61,993 nt of DNA from Thauera sp. (GCA_030603925.1 JAUVWV010000001.1:1-61993), one strand, 5' to 3'. Shown: positions 48,834 to 61,769, counted from the stretch's first letter. Program-made: numbers and translations. The notes: a model not told the origin generated them from the letters alone.

Positions 48834-49682
48834 TCACGTCGGGCGCGTGCCCATCGGTTCGCCCATGCGCACTGCAGCCCCAGCTTGCCAGGTGGGGTTG
48901 AAGGCCAGCGTGTCGCGCGGGAACAGCATCACCACGGTGGAGCCGAGCAGAAAACGCCCCATCTCCGCCCCCTTGTCGAGCTGTACTGCCGCTTCGTCGT
49001 AGCGCCACTCGCGCAGGCTGCCCGGCCGCGGCGGATTGACCACGCCGTGCCACACGGTGGCCATGCTGCCGACGATGGTCGCCCCCACCAACACCAGCAC
49101 GAAGGGACCGGAATCGGACTCGAACACGCACACCACCCGCTCGTTGCGCGCGAACAGGCCCGGCACGCCGCGCGCCGTGGCCGGATTCACCGAGAACAGC
49201 TCGCCCGGCACGTGGATCATGCGGCTCAGCCGCCCGGCGCAGGGCATGTGGATGCGGTGGTAGTCGCGCGGGCTGAGGTAGAGCGTGGCGAAAGCACCAT
49301 TGTCGAAGCGCGCCGCCAGTTCCGCATCACCCCCCAGCAGCGCGCTGGTGGCATAGCGGTGTCCCTTGGCCTGGAAGATCTGGTCGCGCTCGATGGTGCC
49401 GAACTGGCTGATCGCACCATCCACCGGGCAGACGAAATCGGCCTCGGCGAGCGGGCGCACACCGTCGCGCAGCGGACGGGTAAAGAACTCGTTGAAGCTC
49501 GCGTAGGCGGCGACGTCCGGATTGGCCGCCTCGGCCATGTTCACCCCGTAGCGGCGCACGAACCGGCGGATCACCGCGGTCGTGACGGCGCCGCCCCGCC
49601 AGCCGGCGAACTTGCCCGCGAGGACGGTCAGGGCCTGCTTGGGCAGCAGGTATTGCAGTGCAACGGTGAGTCGTTCGGACAC
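48834..49682 (-). CDS. psd: Phosphatidylserine decarboxylase
   Basis: FNEFFTR, PVDG, YLSPRDYHRIHMP, RNER, LGST self-cleavage motif; GTG start 49682. Confidence 0.95.
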   Translation of the reverse strand: MSERLTVALQYLLPKQALTVLAGKFAGWRGGAVTTAVIRRFVRRYGVNMAEAANPDVAAYASFNEFFTRPLRDGVRPLAEADFVCPVDGAISQFGTIERDQIFQAKGHRYATSALLGGDAELAARFDNGAFATLYLSPRDYHRIHMPCAGRLSRMIHVPGELFSVNPATARGVPGLFARNERVVCVFESDSGPFVLVLVGATIVGSMATVWHGVVNPPRPGSLREWRYDEAAVQLDKGAEMGRFLLGSTVVMLFPRDTLAFNPTWQAGAAVRMGEPMGTRPT

Positions 49683-49761
49683 GGTGACGATCCGGCAAGT
49701 TGGACAGCGCGGGATTATAGCGGCTGCGCTGCCCGCCTCCCGCGGCGGGGCGTAAGCAAAA

Positions 49762-49798
49762 TTGAGATGGGTCAAGGGAATCGACCTATAGCCGAGTA
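49762..49798 (+). promoter_or_regulatory. Sigma28-like promoter overlapped by an FNR/DNR-like box
   Basis: TCAAG(49772)-N14-GCCGAGTA(49791); TTGAGATGGGTCAA (49762-75) = TTGA-N6-TCAA. Confidence 0.55.
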
Positions 49799-49844
49799 AA
49801 GTACTCAACTATTAAACCGCCCCCTACCCCGCAGGAGCCCCACC

Positions 49845-50981
49845 GTGTTCATGACCGCAGCCAGAAGATCCCGCGAACGGGACAACGCCCGCCGCGATGC
49901 CCTGGAGCAGGAAAACGCCGAACTGCGCCAACGCCTTGCCGCACTCGAAGAAGACAAGCACGCCCTGCACGAACTGGGCCTGCGCCAGCAGCGCGAGCGC
50001 GAATCGCTCGGCGGCGTGTTCCGCAATCTGGGCAGTTTCGGCGAATCGCTGGGCGGTGTGCGTACCTCCTTCCTCGGCCTCGCCACCACACTCAGCGACG
50101 AGAAGCAGACCGCCATCGAGGCCGCGGCCGGCGCCGATACCAGCCGTGCCTCCTTCGAGCGCATCGCCGGCAATCTGCGCAGCATGTTCGAGACCATCGA
50201 CGAGGCCTCACGCAACATCGACAGCCTGCACCGGCGCGCCGGCGAGATCGACGGCATCGTGCGCCTGATCAAGGAGGTGGCCGACCAGACCAACCTGCTC
50301 GCCCTCAACGCCGCCATCGAGGCGGCGCGCGCCGGCGAGGCCGGGCGCGGTTTCGCCGTGGTCGCCGACGAGGTGCGCAAACTGGCCGAGCGCACCGGCA
50401 AGGCCACCGCTGAGATCGGCACCCTGGTCGGCGCCATCCAGGGCGAAACCGAAACCGCACGCGCGATCATGCAGCAGGGCGCCCAGGATGCCGCACGCTA
50501 CTCGCAGGACAGCGAGGCGGCCATGCACAGCATGCAGCACCTGATGTCGCTCTCCGGACGGATGGAGCGCACGGTGAGCGGGGCCTCGCTGCTGGCCAAC
50601 GTGGAACTGGCCAACATCGAGGAGCTGATGCTCAAGCTGGAGGTGTACAAGGTCTTCCTCGGCACCTCCGCGCTGCGCCCGGAAGAACTGCCCGACGATT
50701 CGCACTGCCGCCTCGGCCAGTGGTACTACGATGGCGAAGGCCGCGAGCGCTTCGCCCGCCTGCCCGGCTACGCCGCGCTGGAAAAACCCCACCGCGCGGT
50801 GCACGACCACGCGCGGCGCGCCCTGGCGCTGCACTATGAAGGCCGCACGGAGGCCGCCCTGGAAGCACTGGCGGCAATGGAGACGGCCAACCTCGCGGTG
50901 ATGGAAGGCATCGCCGCGATGCTCGGCCACGCCCTCGCCGAGGAGCCGCGAAACGAGGACCGGCGCCGCTCCGCAGCCTGA
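49845..50981 (+). CDS. Soluble chemoreceptor with a C-terminal CZB-like domain
   Basis: [34 protein letters not shown]; CRLGQWYY...EKPHRAVH; no TM. Confidence 0.9.
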   Translation: MFMTAARRSRERDNARRDALEQENAELRQRLAALEEDKHALHELGLRQQRERESLGGVFRNLGSFGESLGGVRTSFLGLATTLSDEKQTAIEAAAGADTSRASFERIAGNLRSMFETIDEASRNIDSLHRRAGEIDGIVRLIKEVADQTNLLALNAAIEAARAGEAGRGFAVVADEVRKLAERTGKATAEIGTLVGAIQGETETARAIMQQGAQDAARYSQDSEAAMHSMQHLMSLSGRMERTVSGASLLANVELANIEELMLKLEVYKVFLGTSALRPEELPDDSHCRLGQWYYDGEGRERFARLPGYAALEKPHRAVHDHARRALALHYEGRTEAALEALAAMETANLAVMEGIAAMLGHALAEEPRNEDRRRSAA

Positions 50982-51052
50982 ACGCCGCATGACGGATGAC
51001 CCCGAATCCGGCTATGCTTGCCGCTTTATGTCTTTCGACGGATCGGCACAAC

Positions 51053-53050
51053 ATGGCGGACTGGGGGCACGGGATACGGGCGAAATCCACCATCGCATTA
51101 CTGCTCGCCTGCCTGGTGGCGCTGGTGCCGGCCATCCTGATCGGCTGGCAAGTCGTCGAGCGCATCCGCGGCCACTTCGGTGAGGCCTACGCGCGCAACT
51201 TCACCGAACTGCACGGCGAACGCATCCTCGGCCCGCTGGCGCGCGAGCTGGCGCTCACCCGCCGCCTGGCCGGCTCGGTGGCGGTGCGCGAATGGCTGCA
51301 CGACGAAGCCGACCCGGCGCTGCGCACCCGCGCCTTCCGCGAGGCCGAGGGTTTCCGTGCCGACTTCCTGGGCCGCAGCTACTCGCTGGTCAGTATCAAG
51401 GGCCTCGCCTACCACTACAACGACGACGCCACGCCCTACAGCGAAGCGCCGCGCTACCTGCTCGATCCGGCCAAGCCCGACGACGCCTGGTTCTTCTCCA
51501 CGATCAAGGCCGAGGCCAGCCAGAACCTCAACCCGAATCCCGACCGCTGGCTGCAGAAAATCATGGTCTGGGTGAACGTCCTGATCGAGGACGACGGCGA
51601 ACGCCTCGGCGTAGCCAGCACCGGCGTGGACCTGTCCACCTTCATCCAGTCCTTCGTGCGCACCGCGGAAACCGGCGTGACGCCGATGATCGTCGACGCC
51701 GCCGGCGCCATCCAGGCCCATCCGGACAGCACGCGCATCGCCTTCGGCTCCGGCGCCACCGGCACCGCGGCAGAAGCCGCCACCCTGCCCAGCCTGCTCG
51801 CCAGCGCGGCCGAACGCGAGGCGCTGGCCGGCGCCATGCAGCGCGCCGCGGCCGCCCCGGGACAGGTCCAGGTGCTCGAGGCGGTGCTCGACGGGCGTCG
51901 CCAGTTGCTCGCGCTGACCTATCTGGAAGCGCTGCGCTGGCACCTGGTCACCGCGGTGGACCTGAATACCGCGCAGATCATCGAGAGCGGCTGGCTGAAG
52001 GCTGCGGTGGCCGCGCTGGTAGCAGTGGTGCTGCTGCTGCTCGGCGCCTTCACGGTGGCGGTCGACCGCCTGCTGCTGCGCCCGCTGCGCGGCCTGCACC
52101 AGTCGGCCACCGCGCTGGCCGAAGGCCACTACGACGTGCGCCTGCCGCCGCCCGGACGCGACGAACTGGGCGACCTGAACCGCGCCTTCGAGCGCATGGC
52201 ACGGCAGATCAAGAACCACACCGACGAACTGGAAGAGAAGGTGCGCTCGCGCACCCAGGCGCTGAGCGAATCCAACGCCGCAATGGCCGAGGCGCAGAAG
52301 AAGATCGGCGACTCCATCCAGTACGCCAGCCTGATCCAGCGCGCCCTGCTGCCCGACACCCAGCTCGCCAGCCTGCTCGGCGAACACCACTTCGTACTGT
52401 GGCGGCCGCGCGACGTGGTGGGCGGCGACTTCTACCTGTTCCGCGCCGAGGACGAGCAGTACCTCGTCGGCGTGGTCGATTGCGCCGGCCACGGCGTGCC
52501 CGGCGCGCTGATGACCATGCTGGCGCGCGCCGCACTGGACGACGCGATGAACCGCCACGGCATCGGCGCTCCGGCCGCCCTGCTCACCCACGCCGACAAC
52601 ACCCTGCGCGGCATGCTGGACCAGTCCACCCTGCCGCGTGCGATCGCCACCAACATGGACGCAGCCCTGGTCAGCGTGGACCGCCGCGCCCGCCGGCTGC
52701 GCTTTGCCGGCGCCAAGATCTCGCTCTACTGGAGCGACGGCGAGGAGGTCGGCGAACTGCCGGGCGCGCGCCGCGCGCTGTGCGACCGGCGCGTGGGCGA
52801 CTACCAACAGGCCGAGCTCGAACTACGCCCCGAAGTCACCTACTACCTGGTGACCGACGGCTTCCTCGACCAGGCCGGGGGCGAGCTCGGCTACGGCTTC
52901 GGCAACAGCCGCTTCGCCCGCCTGCTCAGGGCCCACGCCCGCCTGCCCATGCAGGAACAAGCTGCTGCGCTGGACCGCGAACTGGACGCCTACCGCGGCG
53001 CCCACCCGCAGCGCGACGACGTCACCATCCTGTCATTCCGCATCGATTGA
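51053..53050 (+). CDS. siaA: Biofilm regulation phosphatase SiaA (sensor-HAMP-PP2C)
   Basis: Two TMs, HAMP, YASLIQRALLP, PRDVVGGDFY, DCAGHGVPGA, TDGFLDQAGG, QRDD. Confidence 0.92.
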   Translation: MADWGHGIRAKSTIALLLACLVALVPAILIGWQVVERIRGHFGEAYARNFTELHGERILGPLARELALTRRLAGSVAVREWLHDEADPALRTRAFREAEGFRADFLGRSYSLVSIKGLAYHYNDDATPYSEAPRYLLDPAKPDDAWFFSTIKAEASQNLNPNPDRWLQKIMVWVNVLIEDDGERLGVASTGVDLSTFIQSFVRTAETGVTPMIVDAAGAIQAHPDSTRIAFGSGATGTAAEAATLPSLLASAAEREALAGAMQRAAAAPGQVQVLEAVLDGRRQLLALTYLEALRWHLVTAVDLNTAQIIESGWLKAAVAALVAVVLLLLGAFTVAVDRLLLRPLRGLHQSATALAEGHYDVRLPPPGRDELGDLNRAFERMARQIKNHTDELEEKVRSRTQALSESNAAMAEAQKKIGDSIQYASLIQRALLPDTQLASLLGEHHFVLWRPRDVVGGDFYLFRAEDEQYLVGVVDCAGHGVPGALMTMLARAALDDAMNRHGIGAPAALLTHADNTLRGMLDQSTLPRAIATNMDAALVSVDRRARRLRFAGAKISLYWSDGEEVGELPGARRALCDRRVGDYQQAELELRPEVTYYLVTDGFLDQAGGELGYGFGNSRFARLLRAHARLPMQEQAAALDRELDAYRGAHPQRDDVTILSFRID

Positions 53051-53069
53051 CCCACCGGAGCCACCCTCC

Positions 53070-53612
53070 ATGAACGACATCGACTTCTTCGGCCTGCGCG
53101 ACCTGTTCACCCGCAACCGCATCCTGCTGTGCTTCAACGGGCCGATCTCGCGCAGCCTGATCGAAGAGATCGGCAACGCGCTGAAGAACTACCTGCAGGC
53201 CGACAACGCCCAGCCCTCTGCGGCGATGGACGTGTTCGGCACCTACATCGAGATGACCCAGAACATCCGCCACTACGCCCTGCGCCAGGGCTACGGCGAG
53301 GCCGACAGCTCGGCCACCATCATCGTCGCGCGCGACGAAGGCGGCGGCTACATGGTGCAGGCCGGCAACCTGGTCGAAGCCGCCGACGGCGCAGCCCTCG
53401 CCGCGCGCGTGGCCGAACTGGCCGCCCTGGACAAGGCGGCGCTGAAGGCCGCCTACAAGGAACAGCTGCGCCGCCCGCGCGAAGAGGTCGCCAGCTCGGG
53501 CGCCGGACTGGGCCTGATCGACATCGCGCGCAAATCCTCGCGCCCGCTCGCCGCGCAGCTCATGCCGCTGCCCGACGGGCGCGCCTTCTTCAGCCTGCAG
53601 GCCATCATCTGA
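53070..53612 (+). CDS. siaB: Biofilm regulation kinase SiaB
   Basis: LLCFNGPISRSLIEEIG, YIEMTQNIRHY, GAGLGLIDIARKS. Confidence 0.92.
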   Translation: MNDIDFFGLRDLFTRNRILLCFNGPISRSLIEEIGNALKNYLQADNAQPSAAMDVFGTYIEMTQNIRHYALRQGYGEADSSATIIVARDEGGGYMVQAGNLVEAADGAALAARVAELAALDKAALKAAYKEQLRRPREEVASSGAGLGLIDIARKSSRPLAAQLMPLPDGRAFFSLQAII

Positions 53613-53661
53613 ACGCTCCGGCGCGCGCTGGACAGAACCGATACCGGGTAGAATCGCAATC

Positions 53662-54042
53662 ATGACCAAGAGCTTCAACCTTCCCGCCAGCCAGTCCACC
53701 CCGGCCATCGCTGCCGACTGGGACACCGGGCTGCTGAGCATCTCCGGCGACTCCTATCCGGAGAACTCCTTCGACTTCTTCACTACCACCATCGAGTGGA
53801 TCGAGCGCTTCCTCGCCGAGCGCGATGCGCCGCTGCGCCTGGAACTGCGCCTGGTGTACATGAACACCAGCTCGGTGAAGGCCATGATGGACATTTTCGA
53901 CATGCTGGAGGAAGCCCACGGCAAAGGGCGCAGCGTATCCGTCGACTGGCTCTACGACCCGCGCAACGAGCGCGTCGAAATGCTCGCCGAGGAGTTCCGC
54001 GAAGACTGCAGTTTCCCCTTCAACATCCTGGCCCAAGCCTGA
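53662..54042 (+). CDS. siaC: Biofilm regulation phosphoprotein SiaC (DUF1987)
   Basis: GDSYPENS, YMNTSS, ERVEMLAEEFREDCSFPF. Confidence 0.93.
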   Translation: MTKSFNLPASQSTPAIAADWDTGLLSISGDSYPENSFDFFTTTIEWIERFLAERDAPLRLELRLVYMNTSSVKAMMDIFDMLEEAHGKGRSVSVDWLYDPRNERVEMLAEEFREDCSFPFNILAQA

Positions 54043-54045
54043 ACG

Positions 54046-54849
54046 ATGGATGCAGCGGGCCCGGCCGGACGCGACGAGCACACCTTCCTGCGGGAGCTGG
54101 AAGCCCTGCTCGCCGACCCCGCGCAGCAGGACAACCCGCTGACCCCGGCGCTCGCCCGCCTGCTCGCCCTGCACCGCCAGCAGAACGAACGCATCGAACG
54201 CCTGGTGCGCATCTCGGACGGCTACCACGGCCTGAGCCGCCAGCAGACCAGCGGCCTGGCCGACAAGTTCGAACGCCAGGTGCGCCGCCTGGAAAAACTC
54301 GCCCGCATCTCCGACCTCTACCAGAGCAACCTGCGCGACCTCACCGAAGCGCTCCGTGAAGCCTCGCTGAAGGATCCGCTCACCGAGCTGGGCAACCGGC
54401 GCTTCCTGATGGAGCGCCTCAAGGACGAAACCGGGCGCGCACGGCGCAAAGGGGCGCCGCTGTGCGTCACCATCCTCGACGTGGACCACTTCAAGGTGAT
54501 CAACGACACCCACGGGCATGATGCCGGCGACGAAGCGCTGCGGCGCATCGCCGATGTGCTGCGCAACTCGGTACGGCAGTACGACGTGGTCGGCCGCTGG
54601 GGTGGCGAGGAGTTTCTCCTGCTGCTGCCGGAAGTCGGCCTGGACGAGGCCCTGCAGACCGCAGAGCGCATCCGCAGCGCGATCGGCGAAATCGCCATCG
54701 GGCTCGACGGCGCGACGATCCGCATGACCGCCAGCCTGGGCCTCACCCGGCAGCTTGACGACGACCTGCCCTCCGACACCATCAACCGCGCCGACAACGC
54801 CCTGCTCGCCGCCAAGCGCGCCGGGCGCAACCGCGTCGTGGTGCGCTGA
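54046..54849 (+). CDS. siaD: Diguanylate cyclase SiaD
   Basis: Coiled coil RLVRISDGY/KLARISDLYQ, DPLTELGNRR, GRWGGEEF. Confidence 0.92.
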   Translation: MDAAGPAGRDEHTFLRELEALLADPAQQDNPLTPALARLLALHRQQNERIERLVRISDGYHGLSRQQTSGLADKFERQVRRLEKLARISDLYQSNLRDLTEALREASLKDPLTELGNRRFLMERLKDETGRARRKGAPLCVTILDVDHFKVINDTHGHDAGDEALRRIADVLRNSVRQYDVVGRWGGEEFLLLLPEVGLDEALQTAERIRSAIGEIAIGLDGATIRMTASLGLTRQLDDDLPSDTINRADNALLAAKRAGRNRVVVR

Positions 54850-54946
54850 ACGCCGCCTGCACGCAGTCCTGCGCGCGAAGGCGCGCAAGGCACCGGCATG
54901 GGCTAGAATTCCCGATACGCATTGCCAATCTTCAGGGAGTACGCCG

Positions 54947-55543
54947 ATGGAAACCGAAACGCCCGTCCCGGAATCAGCCCCCGAACCCGTCCGCAAGGCC
55001 TCGCCGCTGGCGACACTGCAGGAGGTCAAGCTGCCGCTGTGGGTCAGCCTCGCGCTGGCGGTGCTGGTGCTGCTGGTGTTCGCCTGGAAGAGCTTCGCCG
55101 TTTCCGCGGTCGAACGTGGCATGGAGGCCGAACGCCAGGCACTGGCCGAGCAGCGCGCCACCGTCGAGGCCGAAGCGCGCGAAGCGGTGATGCGCAGCAG
55201 CGACGCCACCCATGCCCTGTTCGGCACCTCGCTGGCCTGGGCGGTGCGCGGCGAGATGATCCGCAACAACCTCGACCAGATCGACCAGTTCTTCAACGAA
55301 CTGGTCAAGGCCGACCGCATCCAGCTCGCGCTGCTCGCCGACCAGAGCGGCAAGGTGCTGGTATCGAGCGACCGCGCCTTTGTCGACGCTCAGCTGCCGC
55401 CGGCTTTCCCGGCCGACCTGCTGCAGCTGCCCAACGTCACTGTGCAGCCGGCCGGCGCCGGCGAGCGCCGCCTGGTAATTCCCATCCAGGGGCTCAACAC
55501 CCGCCTCGGCACGGTCTTCGTGGTCTACCAGCAGGAAAACTGA
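54947..55543 (+). CDS. Hypothetical membrane-anchored protein
   Basis: AGGGAG RBS, one TM, coiled coil, C-terminal Cache/PAS-like pattern (LALLADQSGKVLVSSD). Confidence 0.75.
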   Translation: METETPVPESAPEPVRKASPLATLQEVKLPLWVSLALAVLVLLVFAWKSFAVSAVERGMEAERQALAEQRATVEAEAREAVMRSSDATHALFGTSLAWAVRGEMIRNNLDQIDQFFNELVKADRIQLALLADQSGKVLVSSDRAFVDAQLPPAFPADLLQLPNVTVQPAGAGERRLVIPIQGLNTRLGTVFVVYQQEN

Positions 55544-55571
55544 AGCCGCGCCGCCACCGCAGCACCCGCAT

Positions 55572-55601
55572 ACGGCCGCCTCCGGGCGGCCGTTGTTTTT
55601 T
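55572..55601 (+). terminator. Rho-independent terminator
   Basis: ACGGCCGCC-TCCG-GGCGGCCGT followed by TGTTTTTT. Confidence 0.8.
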
Positions 55602-55686
55602 GCAAGAATGTTCGAATCCGCGCGCTGCTCTGCGCAATGAAACGGTAACATTGCGCCCGCTTTCCGTCCGGCCGGAAGAATCCTTC

Positions 55687-57540
55687 ATGACCGCATCGCG
55701 CACCGTCCTGGTCGACCGTCTCCTGCTCCCCGCCCTCATCGCGGCCCTGCTCTACGCCGCCCTGCAATGGCTGGCCGCCGGGCTGTTCGGTGTGGAACTC
55801 GACCCCGAGGCCATACCCGCCGACCTCGCCGCCCACCTGCTGCTGGCCGTCGCCCTGCGCGGGCTGGTGCGCTCCAACTTCGCGCTCGGCCTGTTGCTGC
55901 TGCCGCCCATGCTGCTCATGCACCTGGGCAACGCCTTCAAGATTGCCGTACTGGGCGCCCCAATCCTGCCCGACGACCTGAGCTCGGCACACGCCCTGCT
56001 GCTCATCCTCGACGGCGGCTGGCGCCTCCTCGCCCTGGCGCTCGCCCTCGGCAGCCTGGCCGCCTTCGCCGCCGCCCTGCGCTTCGAGCGCCGCCGCAGC
56101 GCCCCCGCACTGCTCCTGCTCGCCCTGCCGGCACTCGCCCTGACATTTGCCCCGCAGCAGCTCGTGCAGCACATGGACCGGCACTTCGGCCACAGCGTGT
56201 GGAACCAGCCGGGCAACTACGTTTCGCGCGGCCCGCTGATCTACTGGCTGCAGGAAGGTGCCCGCCACCTCGCGCGCAACGAAACCCCGCCGGAGGCCGC
56301 CGCCGTGCATGCCGCGCACCGCCTGCTCGCCGCCGACCACCTGCACCCCGCCGCCGCGGCCGCCGACGGGACACTCCCCGCGGCCGTCGAGGCGGTACCC
56401 GGGCGCAACATCCACATGATCGTCCTCGAATCGTTCTGGGACCCCACCTTGCTGGGCGCCGAGCAATGGTCGCAGGACCCCTTCGTGCCCACCTTCCGCG
56501 CCCTGTGGGACGAGGCCGGACGCAGCCAGGCGCTGGTGCCGGTGTTCGGTGGCTACACCGCCAACTCGGAGTTCGAAGCCCTGTGCGGGCTGCCGGTGAG
56601 CCGCGACGAGGTGGTCTTCGAAACCCGCCTGCGCAACGCCCTGCCCTGCCTGCCCGCCGTGCTGCGCGACGCCGGTTACGCGACGATGGCCGCACACCCC
56701 AACGTACCGGCCTTCTGGAACCGCCACAACGCCTACCGGCGGATCGGTTTCGATGTCTTCATGTCCGGCGGCGACTTCGTCGAGGACGACATGAACGACG
56801 GCTACCTGGGCGACGCCTCGCTGTACCGCCAGGTGCTGGAGCGCCTGGATCCGATGCTGGAGAGCGGCGTGCCGGTGTTCAACTACATCCTCACCTTCTT
56901 CGGCCACCTGGACTACCCGCTCAACGCCGCACGCCCGCACGTGATCGACGCGCCCGGCGCGGACGAGCGCCTGCTCGCCTACGCCAACACGGTGCATTAC
57001 AAGACCCGCGAGCTGATGGATTTCCTCGCGCAGCTGCGCGCACGCGACCCGGACAGCCTGATCGTGGTGTTCGGCGACCACCTGCCCTTCCTCGGCCCCA
57101 ACTTCGAGGCCTACGCGCGTTCCGGCGTACTCGCCAGCGCGCGCGGGGCGTTCACCGACCGCATGTTCCGCGACATGGTCGCCACCCCGCTGATCCTGCT
57201 GGACGGCGCCGCCGGCCCGCAGGTGCTGGGCGACCTGCCGCTCTACCAGCTGCCGCTCACCCTGACACGGGCACTGGGCATGGCCACCGAGGCCCCCTTC
57301 GCGCTCACCGCAACCCCGCCGGGCCTCGCGGTGCGCCCGCTGCCCGGCCTGCACCTGGTACAGACCGCCGACGGGCACAACACCGCCTGCCGCGGCGAAC
57401 CGGACACCGCGCCGGACGATCCGGAACTGTGCCGTGCCGCCGCACGCTGGCTGGAGAAGGTGGGAACCCTCAAGGCCGACCTGTTGTTCGGCCGACAGCA
57501 CGTGCTGCACGCACCGCAGCCGGAAGCGCCGCGCATCTGA
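55687..57540 (+). CDS. LTA synthase/sulfatase-family membrane protein
   Basis: N-terminal TMs, NIHMIVLESFWD, GGYTANSEFE, FWNR, GH..YP, FGDHLP. Confidence 0.88.
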   Translation: MTASRTVLVDRLLLPALIAALLYAALQWLAAGLFGVELDPEAIPADLAAHLLLAVALRGLVRSNFALGLLLLPPMLLMHLGNAFKIAVLGAPILPDDLSSAHALLLILDGGWRLLALALALGSLAAFAAALRFERRRSAPALLLLALPALALTFAPQQLVQHMDRHFGHSVWNQPGNYVSRGPLIYWLQEGARHLARNETPPEAAAVHAAHRLLAADHLHPAAAAADGTLPAAVEAVPGRNIHMIVLESFWDPTLLGAEQWSQDPFVPTFRALWDEAGRSQALVPVFGGYTANSEFEALCGLPVSRDEVVFETRLRNALPCLPAVLRDAGYATMAAHPNVPAFWNRHNAYRRIGFDVFMSGGDFVEDDMNDGYLGDASLYRQVLERLDPMLESGVPVFNYILTFFGHLDYPLNAARPHVIDAPGADERLLAYANTVHYKTRELMDFLAQLRARDPDSLIVVFGDHLPFLGPNFEAYARSGVLASARGAFTDRMFRDMVATPLILLDGAAGPQVLGDLPLYQLPLTLTRALGMATEAPFALTATPPGLAVRPLPGLHLVQTADGHNTACRGEPDTAPDDPELCRAAARWLEKVGTLKADLLFGRQHVLHAPQPEAPRI

Positions 57541-57559
57541 CCCGCGGCGCGCGCGGCGC

Positions 57560-59197
57560 CTACAGCCGGAAGCGCCCCACCGCCTGCTGCAGTTCGGCCG
57601 CCAGCTGCGCCAGGCCGCGCGCCGCGTCGGCCGACTCGCGCACCGCGCCGCTGTTCTGCTCGTTCATGCCGGCGATGCGCTCCACGTTCTGTGCAATCTC
57701 GGTACTGGCCGAGGACTGCTCGCCCAGCGCCACCGAGATCTCGCCCACCGCAGCCACCACCTTGTCGGACGATTCGTTGATCAGGCCGATGGTCTCGCCC
57801 GCACGCGCGGCCAGCGCCACGCCGGACTTCACCTCCTCCACCTGACGCTCCATGCTGTGCACTGCCCGGTCGGTGCCCGACATGATCATGTCCACGATGC
57901 GCGCAATATCCTGCGTGGATGCGGCTGTACGCTCGGCAAGCTTCCTCACCTCGTCGGCAACAACGGCGAAGCCGCGCCCCTGCTCGCCGGCGCGTGCCGC
58001 TTCGATCGCCGCATTGAGCGCCAGCAGGTTGGTCTGCTCGGCCACCTCGCGGATCACGTTCACCACCGAGGAAATCTCGCGCGAATGGCCGCCCAGTTCG
58101 CGCACCGCGCCCGAGGCCTGATTGACCGACTCGGCGATCCGGCCGATGTCCGCCACCACCTCGCGGATCACCTTCGCGCCCTCGCGTGAGGCCGAGCCGG
58201 ACTCCTCCGCCATGCGCCGCGCGTCGCCGGCAAACTCGGAGACGTGGTTGATGCTCACCGTCATCTCCTCCACCGCCGCCGCCATCGACGAGGCGGACTG
58301 CGACTGCTCCTCGCTCGCCGCAGCGATGTGCGCCGAGGTGGCGGAGAGCTCCTCGCTGGACGCGGCGATCCGTTCGGCGTTGCTGCCGATCAGCGCCACC
58401 ATGTCGCGCAGCCCGGCCTGCATCTCGCGCAGCGCGACCGCCAGGCGGCCGATCTCGTCGGTACGGTGCACCCGGATGTCGGTGGACAGGTCGGCGGCGG
58501 CGATGCGGCGCGCGAAGCCGCTCGCCTCCTCCAGCGGCCCCATGATCACGCTGCCGATGAACCACAACGAACCGGCCGCCCCCACCGCCACCGAGCCGCC
58601 CACCACGGCGATGATCAGCCACTGCAGCATGCCGTACAGCCCGTGGTACTCCTCGTAGGTGTCGCGCGCCACGTCGAGCTGCACCTCGATCAGCGCGCCG
58701 ATCGCCTCGCTCAGCGGGTCGATGGTCGGGTACAGCTCGTTTGCCGCCACCGCATGCAGTTCCGAGGTCCAGCCCTTCTCCAGCGCTCCGGCCATGCGCT
58801 CGATCAGCGCATCGGCCTGGCGCATCAGCGGCTCCACGCGCGCCACCAGCTGTATCTCGGCAGGCACCAGGCGGGTGGCACGATAGGCCGCCCAGCGCTC
58901 GGCGATCGCACGCTGCGCCTCGCGCATGCGCTTGCCCGCCTGCTCCGGCCCCACTGCACCGTCACGCGCCTTGTGCGCGGCATCGACCACCGCCACCGCG
59001 TATTCGTCGGAGATCACCTTCAGGTCGCGCAGCGGCACGACCCGGTCCTGATACACCGAATCGAGGCCCTGCAGGGTCTTGCCCATGCCGCCCAGGCCGA
59101 GCGCGCCGACGAAGGCCGCGAGCAGGAACAGCAGGCCGAAGGCGGCATACAGCCGCGTACGGATGGTCAGTGTACGTCTGGATTCCTGGGTGTTCAT
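57560..59197 (-). CDS. Methyl-accepting chemotaxis protein (four-helix-bundle sensor, HAMP)
   Basis: [53 protein letters not shown]. Confidence 0.95.
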   Translation of the reverse strand: MNTQESRRTLTIRTRLYAAFGLLFLLAAFVGALGLGGMGKTLQGLDSVYQDRVVPLRDLKVISDEYAVAVVDAAHKARDGAVGPEQAGKRMREAQRAIAERWAAYRATRLVPAEIQLVARVEPLMRQADALIERMAGALEKGWTSELHAVAANELYPTIDPLSEAIGALIEVQLDVARDTYEEYHGLYGMLQWLIIAVVGGSVAVGAAGSLWFIGSVIMGPLEEASGFARRIAAADLSTDIRVHRTDEIGRLAVALREMQAGLRDMVALIGSNAERIAASSEELSATSAHIAAASEEQSQSASSMAAAVEEMTVSINHVSEFAGDARRMAEESGSASREGAKVIREVVADIGRIAESVNQASGAVRELGGHSREISSVVNVIREVAEQTNLLALNAAIEAARAGEQGRGFAVVADEVRKLAERTAASTQDIARIVDMIMSGTDRAVHSMERQVEEVKSGVALAARAGETIGLINESSDKVVAAVGEISVALGEQSSASTEIAQNVERIAGMNEQNSGAVRESADAARGLAQLAAELQQAVGRFRL

Positions 59198-59230
59198 GGC
59201 GACACGCTCGAGTCTGGATCGGGTGGCGGA

Positions 59231-59258
59231 TTATCGACCAAAAGTACGACCATCTTGA
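59231..59258 (-). promoter_or_regulatory. Putative sigma28 promoter of the MCP gene
   Basis: Minus strand TCAAG-N15-GTCGATAA, 33 bp upstream of the ATG. Confidence 0.55.
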
Positions 59259-59347
59259 GTCGTTCCGCCCTTCAAAATCGCCCGCCAGGCGCGCACAATG
59301 CAGTGTCATCAGCGCACTTGCATCGCCGCCGCGCCGCACGCGCAATC

Positions 59348-59362
59348 ATAGCGAACGGCTAT
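59348..59362 (+). promoter_or_regulatory. OxyR/LysR-type half operator upstream of katG
   Basis: ATAG-CGAACGG-CTAT (ATAG-N7-CTAT). Confidence 0.55.
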
Positions 59363-59555
59363 AGGGCAACGCCATTGAATCCAAATGCCATTGGGCGCAC
59401 TCTAGGCAGACGCCAGCGGCGCGCAGACCGGCCGCGTCGGGCCGGCGGGATCCGTTCCGGCGGCCCCTTCCGGCGCCGCAGGCTTCCCGTAGACCCGCAG
59501 ACAGCACCATCTGCGCGCCTCGCAGCGCTTTGCCGATAAACCGTAGGAGGAGTGA

Positions 59556-61718
<2,163 letters not shown>

Positions 61719-61733
61719 CGCCGCCCCGGCCTT

Positions 61734-61769
61734 CCCGCAGGACGGCAGCACGCGCCGCCGTCCTGCGGG
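61734..61769. terminator. GC-rich hairpin between convergent genes
   Basis: CCCGCAGGACGGC...GCCGTCCTGCGGG 13-bp stem; no U-tract. Confidence 0.55.

Noticed and set aside
49794-49806. GAGTA-AAG-TACTC palindrome as a NarL site
   Set aside because: Orientation and spacing do not fit the 7-2-7 arrangement, and it overlaps the sigma28-like -10.
59532-59539. Perfect GCCGATAA upstream of katG
   Set aside because: There is no sigma28 -35 element at the correct spacing and it sits too close to the RBS.
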